Source: Patescibacteria group bacterium | GTDB lineage: Bacteria; Patescibacteriota; Patescibacteriia; SCPX01 | DNA: 52,638 bases | Reading direction: 5' to 3' | Assembly: GCA_004298615.1 (NCBI GenBank) | Contig: SCPX01000059.1 | Location: 1-52,638 of the forward strand | Shown: positions 1-10,232 of the stretch, in pieces | Position numbering within the stretch: position 1 is the first letter of the stretch | Layout of the letters: the number at the start of each line of letters is the position of its first letter | The notes under the pieces: model-generated | Database searches by the model: none | What the model saw: the letters and a program-made list of their open reading frames with translations, nothing else | Told to the model about the DNA's origin: nothing | Made by a program: the position numbers and the translations under genes

Positions 1-335
1 TCCAATCCGCTTATCAGTTTTTCCTTTTCCGGCGCTTCAAAAAGAGCCAGAAATTCTTCCGTTGCGTCAATCGTATCAAGAATTAAATTTATCATCTCCC
101 GCCCTTTTTTTGTCCGAAGATACGGCGTTTTGTCTCCAAAAACTTGACTTCTAAGCTGGTATAATATAACTCCAAGAAACGGCGTTATGACAAATTCTTT
201 GTCCATGCCGATACCCCGGATAACCTCATTTTTCTCTTCTTTTAACCTTTCCAAAAGGATTCTCGTAAACGATGGTGAAAACCCATTAATTACATCATTC
301 AGTTCCAATTTTAATTCTTGTTTCAATTCTTCCAT
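1..335 (-). CDS. Hypothetical protein; runs off the left window edge and is not in the ORF track
   Basis: Open frame from ATG at 335 (MEELKQELKLELNDVINGFSPSFTRILLERL...) to base 1. A GGAGGA SD overlaps the TAG of the upstream gene. Confidence 0.7.
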   Translation of the reverse strand, partial: MEELKQELKLELNDVINGFSPSFTRILLERLKEEKNEVIRGIGMDKEFVITPFLGVILYQLRSQVFGDKTPYLRTKKGREMINLILDTIDATEEFLALFEAPEKEKLISGL

Positions 336-346
336 TTTACATCCTC

Positions 347-658
347 CTATACTATCAGTTTAACCGCTCTATACACAATGGCGATAATCGCCAGGACTGC
401 TACTATCACGAATATTCCGATCATCAATGCTTCCGGAACCTTGTTGAATACAATGGATTGTATCCTGGAATCAGGATTTTCCAGCAGATAATCATCAACC
501 AATGAAACGAATGATCCGGCTGCAAAAAATAAAAACCCATAAAAGCCAAAGGCCAAAAATAGTATAACCCCGATTAGCAAAAAACGCTTCCAGGCCGGCG
601 GAGTAAATACCCCAACGGCAAAACTTCCCATAATACCGGCTACATACACCCAAATCAT
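347..658 (-). CDS. Small hypothetical membrane protein (about 3 TM segments)
   Basis: 103 aa with hydrophobic segments. Strong SD AAAGGAGGTGA upstream. Promoter TTGACA(737-732)-17-TAAAGT(714-709). Confidence 0.75.
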   Translation of the reverse strand: MIWVYVAGIMGSFAVGVFTPPAWKRFLLIGVILFLAFGFYGFLFFAAGSFVSLVDDYLLENPDSRIQSIVFNKVPEALMIGIFVIVAVLAIIAIVYRAVKLIV

Positions 659-737
659 ACAATCACCTCCTTTGTTATTGGTTTATGAAACGAACTATAA
701 TTACAAATACTTTACTGTAAAAGTCTAATATTGTCAA

Positions 738-764
738 TTAGCACTTGACATAAGAGAGTGCTAA
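738..764 (+). promoter_or_regulatory. CIRCE operator (HrcA site) overlapping the clpB sigma70 promoter
   Basis: TTAGCACTT-N9-GAGTGCTAA, one mismatch to the consensus TTAGCACTC-N9-GAGTGCTAA. TTGACA at 745-750 and TGnTATTAT at 766-774. Confidence 0.92.
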
Positions 765-807
765 ATGATATTATTTAGATGATTATTTTTTCTAAGCTAT
801 TTTCCTT

Positions 808-3387
808 ATGTTGGATCCGAATAAACTAACTTATAAATCGCAAGAAGCTTTGATGAACGCGCAAAAAATCGCGCAGGAAATCGGCCAAAGCGCCGTGGAT
901 GTTTTGCATTTAACTAAAGCGCTTTTAGAGCAGTCCGATACTATTACCACTCCCCTTCTCCAGAAATTAGGAGCGCCGATTGATTTGATTAAAAATGAAA
1001 TTGACGCGGTTCTTTCAAAACTTCCGAAAATTGAACAGCAGTCAAACAGTGGACAAATTTATCTCACGCCCCAAGTAAAAGAAATATTCAGCCGCGCGGA
1101 AAAAATCACGGACTCTCTTAAAGACCAATATATTTCCGTTGAACATTTATTAATGGCGTTGGCGGAAATAAAATCAGGAGTTAGAGAAATATTTTTTAAA
1201 TACGGCATTACTGAAAATAAGATTAAAGATGTTTTAAAAGAATTGCGCAAAAATCCGATTGACTCTCCCGCTCCGGAGGCGGCTTACAAAGCTCTGGAAA
1301 AGTATTTCGTGAATCTAACCGAACAAGCCAGAAAAGGAAAGCTTGATCCGGTGATCGGCCGGCATGATGAAATCAGGCGAATGATGCAAGTGCTTTCGCG
1401 GCGGACAAAAAATAATCCGGTTTTGGTCGGCGACGCCGGAGTCGGCAAAACGGCTTTGGTGGAAGGACTGGCTCAGCGTATCATATCGGGCGATGTTCCG
1501 GAGACTTTAAAAAATCGAGAAGTTTATTCTCTGGATATGGGAATGCTTGTGGCCGGAGCGAAATTTCGCGGCGAATTTGAAGAACGGCTCAAAGCGGTAT
1601 TAAAAGAAATCGAGCAAGCCGGGAATGTAATAATTTTTATGGATGAAATGCACACGCTCGTTGGCGCGGGAGCGACTAAAGGGTCTTTGGATGCGTCCAA
1701 TATGCTCAAACCGATGTTGGCGAGAGGCCAATTGCACGCGGTTGGTGCGACCACAATTAATGAATACCGAAAATACATTGAAAAAGATCCGGCTCTGGAG
1801 CGCCGCTTTCAGCCGATTTTTGTTTCCGAACCTACTTTGGAAGATACTATCGCGATTTTGCGCGGGCTGAAAGAAAAATACGAATTGCACCACGGCGTGA
1901 AAATAACCGACGAGGCGATAATCGCCGCGACAGAGCTTTCTTCTCGCTATATTTCGGATCGTTTTTTACCGGACAAAGCGGTTGATTTGATTGATGAGGC
2001 CACTTCCGGCTTGAAAATCGAGCTGGAGAGCATGCCGGCGGAATTGGACAGATTAAAAAGAGATATTACTCGTTTGGAAATTGAAAAAACAGCGATTAAA
2101 AAAGATAAGACCGTTCCGAAAGAAAGAATGGATTTAATTGATAAATCGCTCGCCGAGCTTCAAACTAAGGCACAGGCGCTGGCACTTCAATGGCGCAATG
2201 AAAAAGGTTTGATTGAAAAGGCTAATGAATTGAAAGCCAAGCTTGAGAAATTGCGTTTTGAAGAAGAGCAGTCCGTGCGTAATGGCGATCTTGATAAAGC
2301 CGCGCAATTAAAATACGGCGAAATTCCGGCTACTGAAAAACTTTTTTCCGAACAAAACAAGAAATTGGAAAAGCTGCAGAAAACCTCCCGTCTTCTCAAA
2401 CAAGAAGTGGCGGCTGAAGATATAGCGCAGGTTGTATCGCGTTGGACCGGAATTCCCATTTCTAAAATGCTGGAGAGCGAAATCGCTAAACTTGCGCATT
2501 TGGAATCCGAATTAGCCAAGCGCGTGATCGGGCAAAAAGAAGCGCTAGCCGCCGTCGCCAATGCCATCAGGCGTACGCGCGCAGGAATTGCCGAACAAAA
2601 CAGGCCGATCGGAACATTTTTATTTTTAGGGCCGACTGGAGTCGGCAAAACAGAAACCGCCAAAACATTGGCCGAACAGCTTTTCAATGACGAAAAAGCC
2701 ATCATTCGCGTAGATATGTCCGAATATATGGAAGCGCATTCTGTGGCGCGATTGATTGGTTCTCCTCCGGGATATGTGGGATACGAGGAAGGCGGGCAAT
2801 TGACGGAAAATATTAGGCGGCATCCGTATAGCGTTGTTTTGCTTGATGAAATAGAAAAAGCCCATCCGCAGGTTTTGAATTTGTTTTTGCAATTATTTGA
2901 CGAAGGCCGCCTTACTGACGGCAAAGGGCGAACCGTAAATTTTAAAAATACTATTCTGATAATGACCTCAAATATTGGATCGGATATTTTACAAAGCGTA
3001 GAATCCTGGGAAAAACGCAAGACGCAAGTGGCGGATCTTTTGCGTTCAACTCTTCGTCCGGAATTCATCAATCGCATTGACGATATCGTAGTGTTTCATC
3101 TGCTTTCTGAAAAAGAAATTGAAAAAATTGTTGATCTGCAAATCGGCAATCTGGCCATCCGACTTAAAGAAAAGCAAATTGCAATAAACATAACTGCCAA
3201 AGCAAAATTATTTTTGTCTAAAACCGGCTTTGATCCGCTGTACGGCGCAAGGCCTCTAAAACGGCTGATTCAATCGCAAATTCTTGACGAAATCGCCTTA
3301 CAAATCATTGAAGGAAAAATCAAAGACGGATCAACGATAATGATAGACTCGGACGGAAAAAATGTAACTTTTCCATTGCCGGCGTAG
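808..3387 (+). CDS. clpB: ATP-dependent chaperone ClpB
   Basis: 859 aa. Two AAA+ modules ([16 protein letters not shown]), long coiled-coil middle domain, [16 protein letters not shown] and GARPLKR motifs. Confidence 0.97.
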   Translation: MLDPNKLTYKSQEALMNAQKIAQEIGQSAVDVLHLTKALLEQSDTITTPLLQKLGAPIDLIKNEIDAVLSKLPKIEQQSNSGQIYLTPQVKEIFSRAEKITDSLKDQYISVEHLLMALAEIKSGVREIFFKYGITENKIKDVLKELRKNPIDSPAPEAAYKALEKYFVNLTEQARKGKLDPVIGRHDEIRRMMQVLSRRTKNNPVLVGDAGVGKTALVEGLAQRIISGDVPETLKNREVYSLDMGMLVAGAKFRGEFEERLKAVLKEIEQAGNVIIFMDEMHTLVGAGATKGSLDASNMLKPMLARGQLHAVGATTINEYRKYIEKDPALERRFQPIFVSEPTLEDTIAILRGLKEKYELHHGVKITDEAIIAATELSSRYISDRFLPDKAVDLIDEATSGLKIELESMPAELDRLKRDITRLEIEKTAIKKDKTVPKERMDLIDKSLAELQTKAQALALQWRNEKGLIEKANELKAKLEKLRFEEEQSVRNGDLDKAAQLKYGEIPATEKLFSEQNKKLEKLQKTSRLLKQEVAAEDIAQVVSRWTGIPISKMLESEIAKLAHLESELAKRVIGQKEALAAVANAIRRTRAGIAEQNRPIGTFLFLGPTGVGKTETAKTLAEQLFNDEKAIIRVDMSEYMEAHSVARLIGSPPGYVGYEEGGQLTENIRRHPYSVVLLDEIEKAHPQVLNLFLQLFDEGRLTDGKGRTVNFKNTILIMTSNIGSDILQSVESWEKRKTQVADLLRSTLRPEFINRIDDIVVFHLLSEKEIEKIVDLQIGNLAIRLKEKQIAINITAKAKLFLSKTGFDPLYGARPLKRLIQSQILDEIALQIIEGKIKDGSTIMIDSDGKNVTFPLPA

Positions 3388-3412
3388 CCTTTTTTTGCTA
3401 TAATGGAAACCT

Positions 3413-4789
3413 ATGAATTTAAAAGCAAAAATCGCCGCATTTTGTTTGTTTTTTTTATTATTTTCGCAATCCGCGTCGGCCGCTTTTGATTTTGGGAATA
3501 TAATTTCGGATCGCGATATGCAGGACAGTCAGTCGATTTCAGTTGCCACGATTGACAGATTCTTAAATTCGCGAAATGGCATTTTAGGAAAATTGGTTTT
3601 CGATGCAGTAAACGGTGTCGGTACGATTTCTAAAAAGGTTTCAGAACTCATTCATGCGGCCGGACAAGCAAATAAAATCAATCCGAAAGTTTTGATCGTC
3701 ACTTTGCAAAAGGAGCAAAGCTTGATTGAAGACCCTAGCCCGTCGCAGGGCCAGCTCGATTGGGCGATGGGATACGCGGTGTGCGATGATTGCTCAAAAA
3801 GCGATCCGGCCATCCAAAAATACAAGGGATTTGTCAATCAAATCAATTCTGCGGCGGCCCGGCTTCGTTATTATTTTGACAACCCAGGGCAATTTCGCCA
3901 TCAGGCCGGCCAGACTCATACGATAGACGGCGTTTCTGTCGTTATGAAAAATAAAGCCACGGCCAATTTGTATAACTACACTCCACACATCCACGGCAAT
4001 CAAAATTTTTCCAAGTTTTGGAATCAATGGTTTGTTAAAAATTATCCGGACGGTACGCTTCTTCAAGTTGACGGGCAGGCCGGTATTTGGCTGATTGAAA
4101 ATGGTAAGCGCAGGCCGTTTTTGAACAAATCGGCGTTTTTATCGAATTATGATTCTGATAAAGTGATCAAGACGACGACCACTGATCTTGAAAAATACAG
4201 TATTGGCGCGCCTATTAAATATTCAAATTACTCGCTTATCAAAATGCCGAGCGGCGGGATTTATTTACTGATTGATAATGTCAAACATCCGATCGCCTCG
4301 CGCGATGTTTTTAGAAATCTTGGATTCAATCCGGAAGAGCTGATTGATGGAGACGAAGACGATGTAAAATGGTACCCGAAAGGCTCCCCCATCACTCTTG
4401 AAAAGGCTTATCCGCAAGGCGCGTTATTGAGAGATCCGGAAACCAAAGGCGTTTGGTATGTGGAAAACGGCATAAAAAGCCCGATTTGGTCAAAAGATAT
4501 AATGATGTCGCGATTTTCCGGCCGGCCTGTTATGCAAAGCTCTATTGAAGAACTCGAGCTTTACGAAAAAGGAGCGCCGGTCAAATTTCGCGATGGAGAA
4601 ATTATTGCCACAAAAGATCCGGAATCGCTCAATCGCAGCGTTTATGTTGTTTCAAACGGCCAAAAAAGGCCGATTGCCAACCGCGAGGCATTTAACGCGC
4701 TTGGCTATAAATGGAAAAACATAATCTGGACAACCGACAAAGTTCTGGATTTGCATGAAACCGGAGAAATGATTGACATCATCCAATAA
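3413..4789 (+). CDS. Secreted protein: N-terminal putative lysozyme-like domain plus four ~60-aa C-terminal repeats
   Basis: Signal peptide ending ...SASA. INPKVLIVTLQKEQSLI...AMGY...GFVNQI motif. Repeats begin YPDGTLL, YSNYSLI, YPQGALL, FRDGEII. Confidence 0.7.
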   Translation: MNLKAKIAAFCLFFLLFSQSASAAFDFGNIISDRDMQDSQSISVATIDRFLNSRNGILGKLVFDAVNGVGTISKKVSELIHAAGQANKINPKVLIVTLQKEQSLIEDPSPSQGQLDWAMGYAVCDDCSKSDPAIQKYKGFVNQINSAAARLRYYFDNPGQFRHQAGQTHTIDGVSVVMKNKATANLYNYTPHIHGNQNFSKFWNQWFVKNYPDGTLLQVDGQAGIWLIENGKRRPFLNKSAFLSNYDSDKVIKTTTTDLEKYSIGAPIKYSNYSLIKMPSGGIYLLIDNVKHPIASRDVFRNLGFNPEELIDGDEDDVKWYPKGSPITLEKAYPQGALLRDPETKGVWYVENGIKSPIWSKDIMMSRFSGRPVMQSSIEELELYEKGAPVKFRDGEIIATKDPESLNRSVYVVSNGQKRPIANREAFNALGYKWKNIIWTTDKVLDLHETGEMIDIIQ

Positions 4790-4793
4790 TTTT

Positions 4794-6701
4794 ATGATTG
4801 CCCAAGTAATTCCTTTCATTCGCCTGCCGCGGACAATGGAGGCGTTTGATTATGTAATCCCAAAGAACTTGGAAGTCGGCTTGAGCGCCGGCTCTATTGT
4901 TTCTGTTCCGTTTAGAAAAAGGAATATTCTGGGATTTACCGCCGGGATTAAGAATACGAGCTATGTACCGGCGAATAAATTGCGCGCGATAAATAAAGTT
5001 ATCGTTGAGAAATCTTTGACTGAAGAGCAAATTGATCTTTTTTATTGGATGGCGGAAAATTACGCTACCGCCCGATCAATAATCATTAAAATGTTTTTTC
5101 CCTTCACTTCCAAATCATTTTTTAATCGTTTGGCAAACGAAAATAATAAGATACGGGATGCAAGATACAAGATTCAAGCCGCAAAACATCCTTGGCTCAA
5201 AAATCAATCGCTTTTAATTCAATATGACGATCGGGAAACCGTTTTGAAAGAATACGAAAAAATAGCAGCTGAATTCGCTAAAAGCAAAAAACAGCTGCTT
5301 ATTCTTTTCCCGCGATTGGCGCTTTTGCGCCGATTTTACGATGATTTGCCGGACAAAATCAAAAAATACGCTGAAATATATCAGTCAACCGGAATCAAAC
5401 AAAGCGCTTTGCAAAACGCTTTTTGGCGGATAAAAAACAATGAAGCGAAAATAATTTTGGGGACCAGGCCCGCCCTTTTCGCTCCGTTTGCCAATCTCTC
5501 CGCCATAATCATTGATCATGAGGAATCGCCTGACCACCGGCAAGAAGAGCCTAATCCGCGCTATCATCCGATTGACGCGGCGGAATTTTTGCAAAAGCGA
5601 GATAAGAAAATAAAAATTTTATATATTTCCCCGCTTCCCTCAATTGAGAGATTTTCCGCTACTCTTAACAAAAAAATAAAATTTATAAGCGGCGATAATT
5701 TCAGTCAGCCCGAAGATCGGATAAAAATTCTTGATACTCGGCATCCCGAATCTTGGCGAACGACTTATCCATTTCACTTTGAGATGGAAGCCGCGATAAA
5801 AGACAAGCTGGAAAATGCAAAGTCGGTATTTATTTTAGCCGGCCGCCGCGGAGAATCAGCAATGCTCGTTTGCGCGGATTGCGGCTGGTCGCCTGTCTGC
5901 CCAAATTGCGCCATTCCTTTGAGCATTGTCAATGAGCGAAAAATGGACGAGGCGCTTGTTTGTTTCCGGTGCGGTCTCAAGCAGTCCGGCACGCCATTTT
6001 GTCCGTCTTGCCAAGGCACTCGCCTGAAGTATCGAGGCGCCGGAATAAAAAAAATATACGATGCAGCAATCAAATTATTTCCCGATGCGCAAATTCGGCA
6101 GATAGCAAAGGAACCGCAGACTAATTTAAAAAAGCCCGATAGTCATCCGGAAATCATCATTGGCACGCCGTACGCCATAGATTATGTTGATTATTCCAAT
6201 ATCGGACTGATCGGGTTAGTCTCTACGGATGGCGCGCTTTTTTCCTCGCAATTCCGATCCGCCGAACGATTCGGCCAGCTTTTATGCGATTTGATGTCAT
6301 TAGCTCCCAAAGCTGATTTACTTGTCCAGACTATGGCGCCGGAACATAAAGTTTTTGCCATTTGGCAAAGAAATCGCGAGGATTTTTTACGGCAAGAATT
6401 GGAATCGCGTAAGTCGGCGAATTATCCTCCGTTTAGCGAGGTTTTAAAACTCATAATTCAAAATAAGAAATACGAAGCGGCGGAAAGCGCTGCCAGCGCT
6501 TGGATTGAAAAAAATAATGATTTGGCCGGCGAATCGAATATTGAAATTTTAGGTCCGATTCGTCCGGCCAATCCGCTGATACGCGGCCGTTTCCGGACCA
6601 ACATAGTTTTACGAGCTAATGAAAATGGCGCGTTTACAAAAATTATAAAACTGATTCCCAACGATTGGATCATTGACAAAAACCCTGAAAATCTATTATA
6701 A
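4794..6701 (+). CDS. priA: Primosomal protein N' (PriA) with degenerate helicase motifs
   Basis: N-terminal FDY..P...G.IV.VPF 3'-DNA-binding domain, four CxxC pairs, YPPF and ILGP C-terminal motifs, priA-def-fmt synteny. Start moved to ATG 4794. Confidence 0.9.
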   Translation: MIAQVIPFIRLPRTMEAFDYVIPKNLEVGLSAGSIVSVPFRKRNILGFTAGIKNTSYVPANKLRAINKVIVEKSLTEEQIDLFYWMAENYATARSIIIKMFFPFTSKSFFNRLANENNKIRDARYKIQAAKHPWLKNQSLLIQYDDRETVLKEYEKIAAEFAKSKKQLLILFPRLALLRRFYDDLPDKIKKYAEIYQSTGIKQSALQNAFWRIKNNEAKIILGTRPALFAPFANLSAIIIDHEESPDHRQEEPNPRYHPIDAAEFLQKRDKKIKILYISPLPSIERFSATLNKKIKFISGDNFSQPEDRIKILDTRHPESWRTTYPFHFEMEAAIKDKLENAKSVFILAGRRGESAMLVCADCGWSPVCPNCAIPLSIVNERKMDEALVCFRCGLKQSGTPFCPSCQGTRLKYRGAGIKKIYDAAIKLFPDAQIRQIAKEPQTNLKKPDSHPEIIIGTPYAIDYVDYSNIGLIGLVSTDGALFSSQFRSAERFGQLLCDLMSLAPKADLLVQTMAPEHKVFAIWQRNREDFLRQELESRKSANYPPFSEVLKLIIQNKKYEAAESAASAWIEKNNDLAGESNIEILGPIRPANPLIRGRFRTNIVLRANENGAFTKIIKLIPNDWIIDKNPENLL

Positions 6702-6726
6702 TAATCACTTTTAGGCCCAAGGCTTA

Positions 6727-6741
6727 TCCGCCTTTGGCGGA
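6727..6741. repeat. Short GC-rich palindrome (REP-like) in the def 5' region
   Basis: TCCGCC-TTT-GGCGGA. The same core occurs inverted in the terminator at ~10763-10775. Confidence 0.55.
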
Positions 6742-6755
6742 GAATATAAAACATT

Positions 6756-7259
6756 ATGCCAAAAATTGTCATTCAGGAACCGGCGCCGGTATTGCGCCGC
6801 AAATCGGAAAAATTTGAAAAAATCGGGTCACGCGAAGCTAAAAAGCTTGTTTTCAAAATGCTGGAAACAATGAAAGAAAAAAGAGGCGTAGGCATAGCCG
6901 CTCCGCAAATCAATGAAGGAGTGCAAGCGATAATCGTCGATACGGCAGACGGACCGCTGGCTTTGTATAATCCAAAACTTCTTAAAACTTCAAAGAAAAA
7001 AGAATCGGGCGAGGAAGGTTGCCTGTCCGTGGCCGGCGTGTATGGAATAGTGCCGCGTTTTACATCCGTTGAAGTGGAAGCGCAAAATGAAAAAGCGGAG
7101 ATTGTTCGCATCAAGGCCGAAGGATTTTTTGCGCGAGTTCTTCAGCATGAAATAGATCATATTAATGGCGTGCTCTTTATCGATCGCGCGACAAAAATTA
7201 CCGAAGGAAAAAAAATACTGGATGAAATCGAAAATAAAGCCGCAAAACCAATATTATGA
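6756..7259 (+). CDS. def: Peptide deformylase
   Basis: GVGIAAPQ, EGCLS and QHEIDH motifs. Confidence 0.97.
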   Translation: MPKIVIQEPAPVLRRKSEKFEKIGSREAKKLVFKMLETMKEKRGVGIAAPQINEGVQAIIVDTADGPLALYNPKLLKTSKKKESGEEGCLSVAGVYGIVPRFTSVEVEAQNEKAEIVRIKAEGFFARVLQHEIDHINGVLFIDRATKITEGKKILDEIENKAAKPIL

Positions 7260-8212
7260 ATGACGCCAAAAAAATAGTTTTTTTCGGCACATCGCATTTC
7301 GCCGTGCCGATTTTAAATAAACTCGCCGATTCGCCCTTTAAACCGAGCCTGGTCGTCACCCAGCCGGATGCGATCGTCGGTCGAAAAAAAATCCTGATGT
7401 TTCCGCCGGTCAAAGTCGCCGCCAATGCCGCTTCCATTGAAGTCATTCAGCCGGAAACATTAAAAACCGAAGGAGTTAAAAGTTTATTAATGAACTATGA
7501 TCCGGATTTATTTATTCTAGCGGCGTACGGCAAAATAATCCCCAAGGCCGTTTTAAAAATTCCCAGACTTGGAAATCTCAATATTCATCCGTCACTTCTC
7601 CCGCTATTTCGCGGATCATCCCCTATTCACGCGGCGATTCTGTCAGGCGCATCCGAAACGGCCGCCACGATCATTCAAATGGACGAAGAAATAGATCACG
7701 GGCCGATCGTATCTCAAGAAAAAATCAAACTGTCCGGAACAGAGACTTATGACGGATTACAAAAGATATTATCTGAATATTCCGCCAATCTTCTTTTAAA
7801 AATTCTGCCGGATTATTGCGCCGGGAATATCAAACCTGCGGCGCAAGACCACTCCAAGGCTTCGTTTACAAAATTGATAAGATCGGAAGATGCCCGGATT
7901 GATTGGTCAAAATCGGCTGATGAAATTGACCGGCAGATCCGCGCTTATCATCTGTGGCCGAAAGCGCATACGGCTTGGAAAGAATCGCCGGACACGCGCG
8001 CTTTACGGATCAATATATTGAAAGCCGGCAAGGCTAAATCGCCTCAAACGCATAAACCGGGTACTGTCAGACCATTTGGTTCGGCTTTTGCCATTGCCGC
8101 CGGAAATGATTTGATAGTTCCGGAAATACTGCAATTGGAAGGCCGCAAAGAATCCGATGCCGGTTCATTTTTGCGCGGGCATCAAAATTTCATCGGAACG
8201 ATTTTAATATGA
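7256..8212 (+). CDS. fmt: Methionyl-tRNA formyltransferase
   Basis: IVFFGT, VVTQPD and NIHPSLLP motifs. ATGA overlap with def. Confidence 0.96.
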   Translation: MNDAKKIVFFGTSHFAVPILNKLADSPFKPSLVVTQPDAIVGRKKILMFPPVKVAANAASIEVIQPETLKTEGVKSLLMNYDPDLFILAAYGKIIPKAVLKIPRLGNLNIHPSLLPLFRGSSPIHAAILSGASETAATIIQMDEEIDHGPIVSQEKIKLSGTETYDGLQKILSEYSANLLLKILPDYCAGNIKPAAQDHSKASFTKLIRSEDARIDWSKSADEIDRQIRAYHLWPKAHTAWKESPDTRALRINILKAGKAKSPQTHKPGTVRPFGSAFAIAAGNDLIVPEILQLEGRKESDAGSFLRGHQNFIGTILI

Positions 8213-9720
8213 TTGTCCAAGGATTGACCGCGGAGGAAAAAAAACGCTATCGCCGCTTGGAATACATCCCGGGAATTCTTGTATGGACCACATTCGCGGC
8301 CGTGATAATTTTGTCGTTTATCCGTCCGTATTGGGCCATAGTATTTATTATCGCTTTTGATCTTTATTGGATGCTGCGGATATTTTATCTTTTAGTTTAT
8401 CTTTTGACATCGTATAAACGGCTGAAGGAAAATATTAAAATCGACTGGATGAACCGATTGCGCGATTTGCCGGATTGGGAAAGGATTCACCATCTGATTG
8501 TTTTGCCGACATACAAAGAAGAATTTGAAATAATTGACGGCACTTTTGAGGCGTTGATCAAATCAAGATACCCTCTTAAAAAAATAATTGTTGTTTTAGC
8601 GGGCGAAGAGAGAGATGAAGAAAATTTTAAAAAAATTGCCGGCCGAATTTCGGCCAAATACGGCGATTTTTTCTATAAATTGCTGATTACCATCCATCCT
8701 AAAGATATTCCGGGAGAAGCGGCGGCCAAGGGAGCCAATATCCATTGGGCGGGACATCAAGCGCAAAAATTCATTGATCAAACTGAAATCCCTTATCGCA
8801 ACATAATAGTTTCGTGTTTTGACATTGACACGATCGTTCACCGGCAATATTTCGCGGCGTTGGCTTTTCAATATTTGACTCATCCGAATCCTTTGCGCGC
8901 CAGTTTTCAGCCTATCGCCCTTTATAATAACAATATTTGGGATTCGCCGGCGCTAATGCGAGTCGTGGCCAATTCCACTTCTTTTTGGCTACTGACCGAG
9001 CTCGTCCGGCCGGAAAGGCTTTTTACTTTTTCTTCCCACAGCATGAGTTTTCAAGCCTTGGTGGATGTTGGATTTTGGGATAATACTATTGTCACCGAGG
9101 ATTCGCGCATTTTTTTACAATGTTTTTTGCGTTATGACGGAGACTATAAGGTAATCCCGCTGTATATGCCGGTCTCCATGGATACTGTTTTGGGAAAAAC
9201 TTTGCGGCGGAGCCTCGTCAATCAATACAAACAGCAAAGGCGCTGGGCCTGGGGCGTGGAACATCTTCCTTTTATGATTTGGAATTTTCACAAAAATCAC
9301 AAAATCTCCAAATCGTTAAAGATCCGCTATCTATGGATTCTTACCGAGGGTATGTATTCGTGGGCAACGGCGCCGATCCTGATTTTTATTTTAGGCTGGC
9401 TGCCGCTGGCCGTATCCAATGCTTTTTACGGTAATGTTTCAGGCAGCGTCCTGGCGCAAAATGCTCCAAAAGTTTTGGAGACTCTGATGCGCATAGGAAT
9501 GCTCGGACTTTTCGCATCGGCGATCATCTCTACTGTTCTTTTACCGCCCAAGCCATATTCCAAGCGGCTCATCAAATACGCGGAAATGATTTTACAGTGG
9601 ATTCTTTTTCCCATTTGCATGATCGCTTTCGGTTCAATTCCAGCCATTGAGTCGCAAACGCGCTTGATGCTCGGCAAATACCTCGGATTCTGGGTGACGG
9701 AAAAAGCGCGAAAAAATTAA
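8209..9720 (+). CDS. Integral-membrane family 2 glycosyltransferase (processive type)
   Basis: PTYKE, DID, TED and QQRRW motifs. TM helices at both ends. Confidence 0.88.
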   Translation: MIVQGLTAEEKKRYRRLEYIPGILVWTTFAAVIILSFIRPYWAIVFIIAFDLYWMLRIFYLLVYLLTSYKRLKENIKIDWMNRLRDLPDWERIHHLIVLPTYKEEFEIIDGTFEALIKSRYPLKKIIVVLAGEERDEENFKKIAGRISAKYGDFFYKLLITIHPKDIPGEAAAKGANIHWAGHQAQKFIDQTEIPYRNIIVSCFDIDTIVHRQYFAALAFQYLTHPNPLRASFQPIALYNNNIWDSPALMRVVANSTSFWLLTELVRPERLFTFSSHSMSFQALVDVGFWDNTIVTEDSRIFLQCFLRYDGDYKVIPLYMPVSMDTVLGKTLRRSLVNQYKQQRRWAWGVEHLPFMIWNFHKNHKISKSLKIRYLWILTEGMYSWATAPILIFILGWLPLAVSNAFYGNVSGSVLAQNAPKVLETLMRIGMLGLFASAIISTVLLPPKPYSKRLIKYAEMILQWILFPICMIAFGSIPAIESQTRLMLGKYLGFWVTEKARKN

Positions 9721-9724
9721 AAAT

Positions 9725-9760
9725 AAAAGCCGCGTAAGAAAATCATAGTCTTAGCGCGGC
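9725..9760 (-). terminator. Probable intrinsic terminator between convergent genes
   Basis: GCCGCG-TAAGA...TCTTA-G-CGCGGC hairpin with a short A-run on its left (U-run on the minus strand). Confidence 0.5.
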
Positions 9761-9788
9761 CGCAATGAGATAGTATTTAATTTGCGAT

Positions 9789-10088
9789 CTAGGAGGCATC
9801 GCTTTTTCCGTTACCGTTCAATATTATCTCGCTGATCTCTTTGAGCGATGAGAAAGCTGTCCGTAAACAATCTGGGCATTCAAAAGCCGATTCTATTGAT
9901 TTGGCATCATGTTGCTTCTTTATTTCGGCGCATTGTCTGATGACAGCATGCGTTTCCTTTAAAATTATTTTCAACATCGCAATTTTTTCTTCATTTGTTT
10001 TCGGTTTGTCTATCAATTTTGTGCTGCATTGATAGCAGAATAAATGGTCTTCCTGTCTTCTTGAGTCGCATTTTTGGCAATATTTCAT
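9789..10088 (-). CDS. Small Cys-rich (zinc-ribbon) hypothetical protein
   Basis: MKYCQKC...FCYQC...CPDC. ATG 10088 follows purine-rich AAAGGGAGAAAG. Promoter TTGACA(10173-10168)-17-TATTTT with TG extension. Confidence 0.7.
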   Translation of the reverse strand: MKYCQKCDSRRQEDHLFCYQCSTKLIDKPKTNEEKIAMLKIILKETHAVIRQCAEIKKQHDAKSIESAFECPDCLRTAFSSLKEISEIILNGNGKSDAS

Positions 10089-10194
10089 TTTCTTTCTCCC
10101 TTTTTTGGTTATTTTGGTTGATTTAAAGAACTGCGTTAATAAGCAAAATAACACGGAAAAAAGGCTATGTCAAGCACTTTATCAGCCATAGGGC

Positions 10195-10223
10195 TTGACA
10201 GGGCAAAATATTTATGTTATTAT
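10195..10223 (+). promoter_or_regulatory. Sigma70 promoter of the CxxC-x17-CxxC gene
   Basis: TTGACA(10195-10200)-17-TATTAT(10218-10223) with extended TG. Confidence 0.8.
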
Positions 10224-10232
10224 GTCTGTGAA

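Noticed and set aside
2187-3077. 296-aa antisense ORF inside clpB, and the many other nested ORFs in the track such as 33229-33912 and 20243-20872
   Set aside because: They are shadows of strongly conserved genes on the other strand or frame, with no motifs or expression signals.
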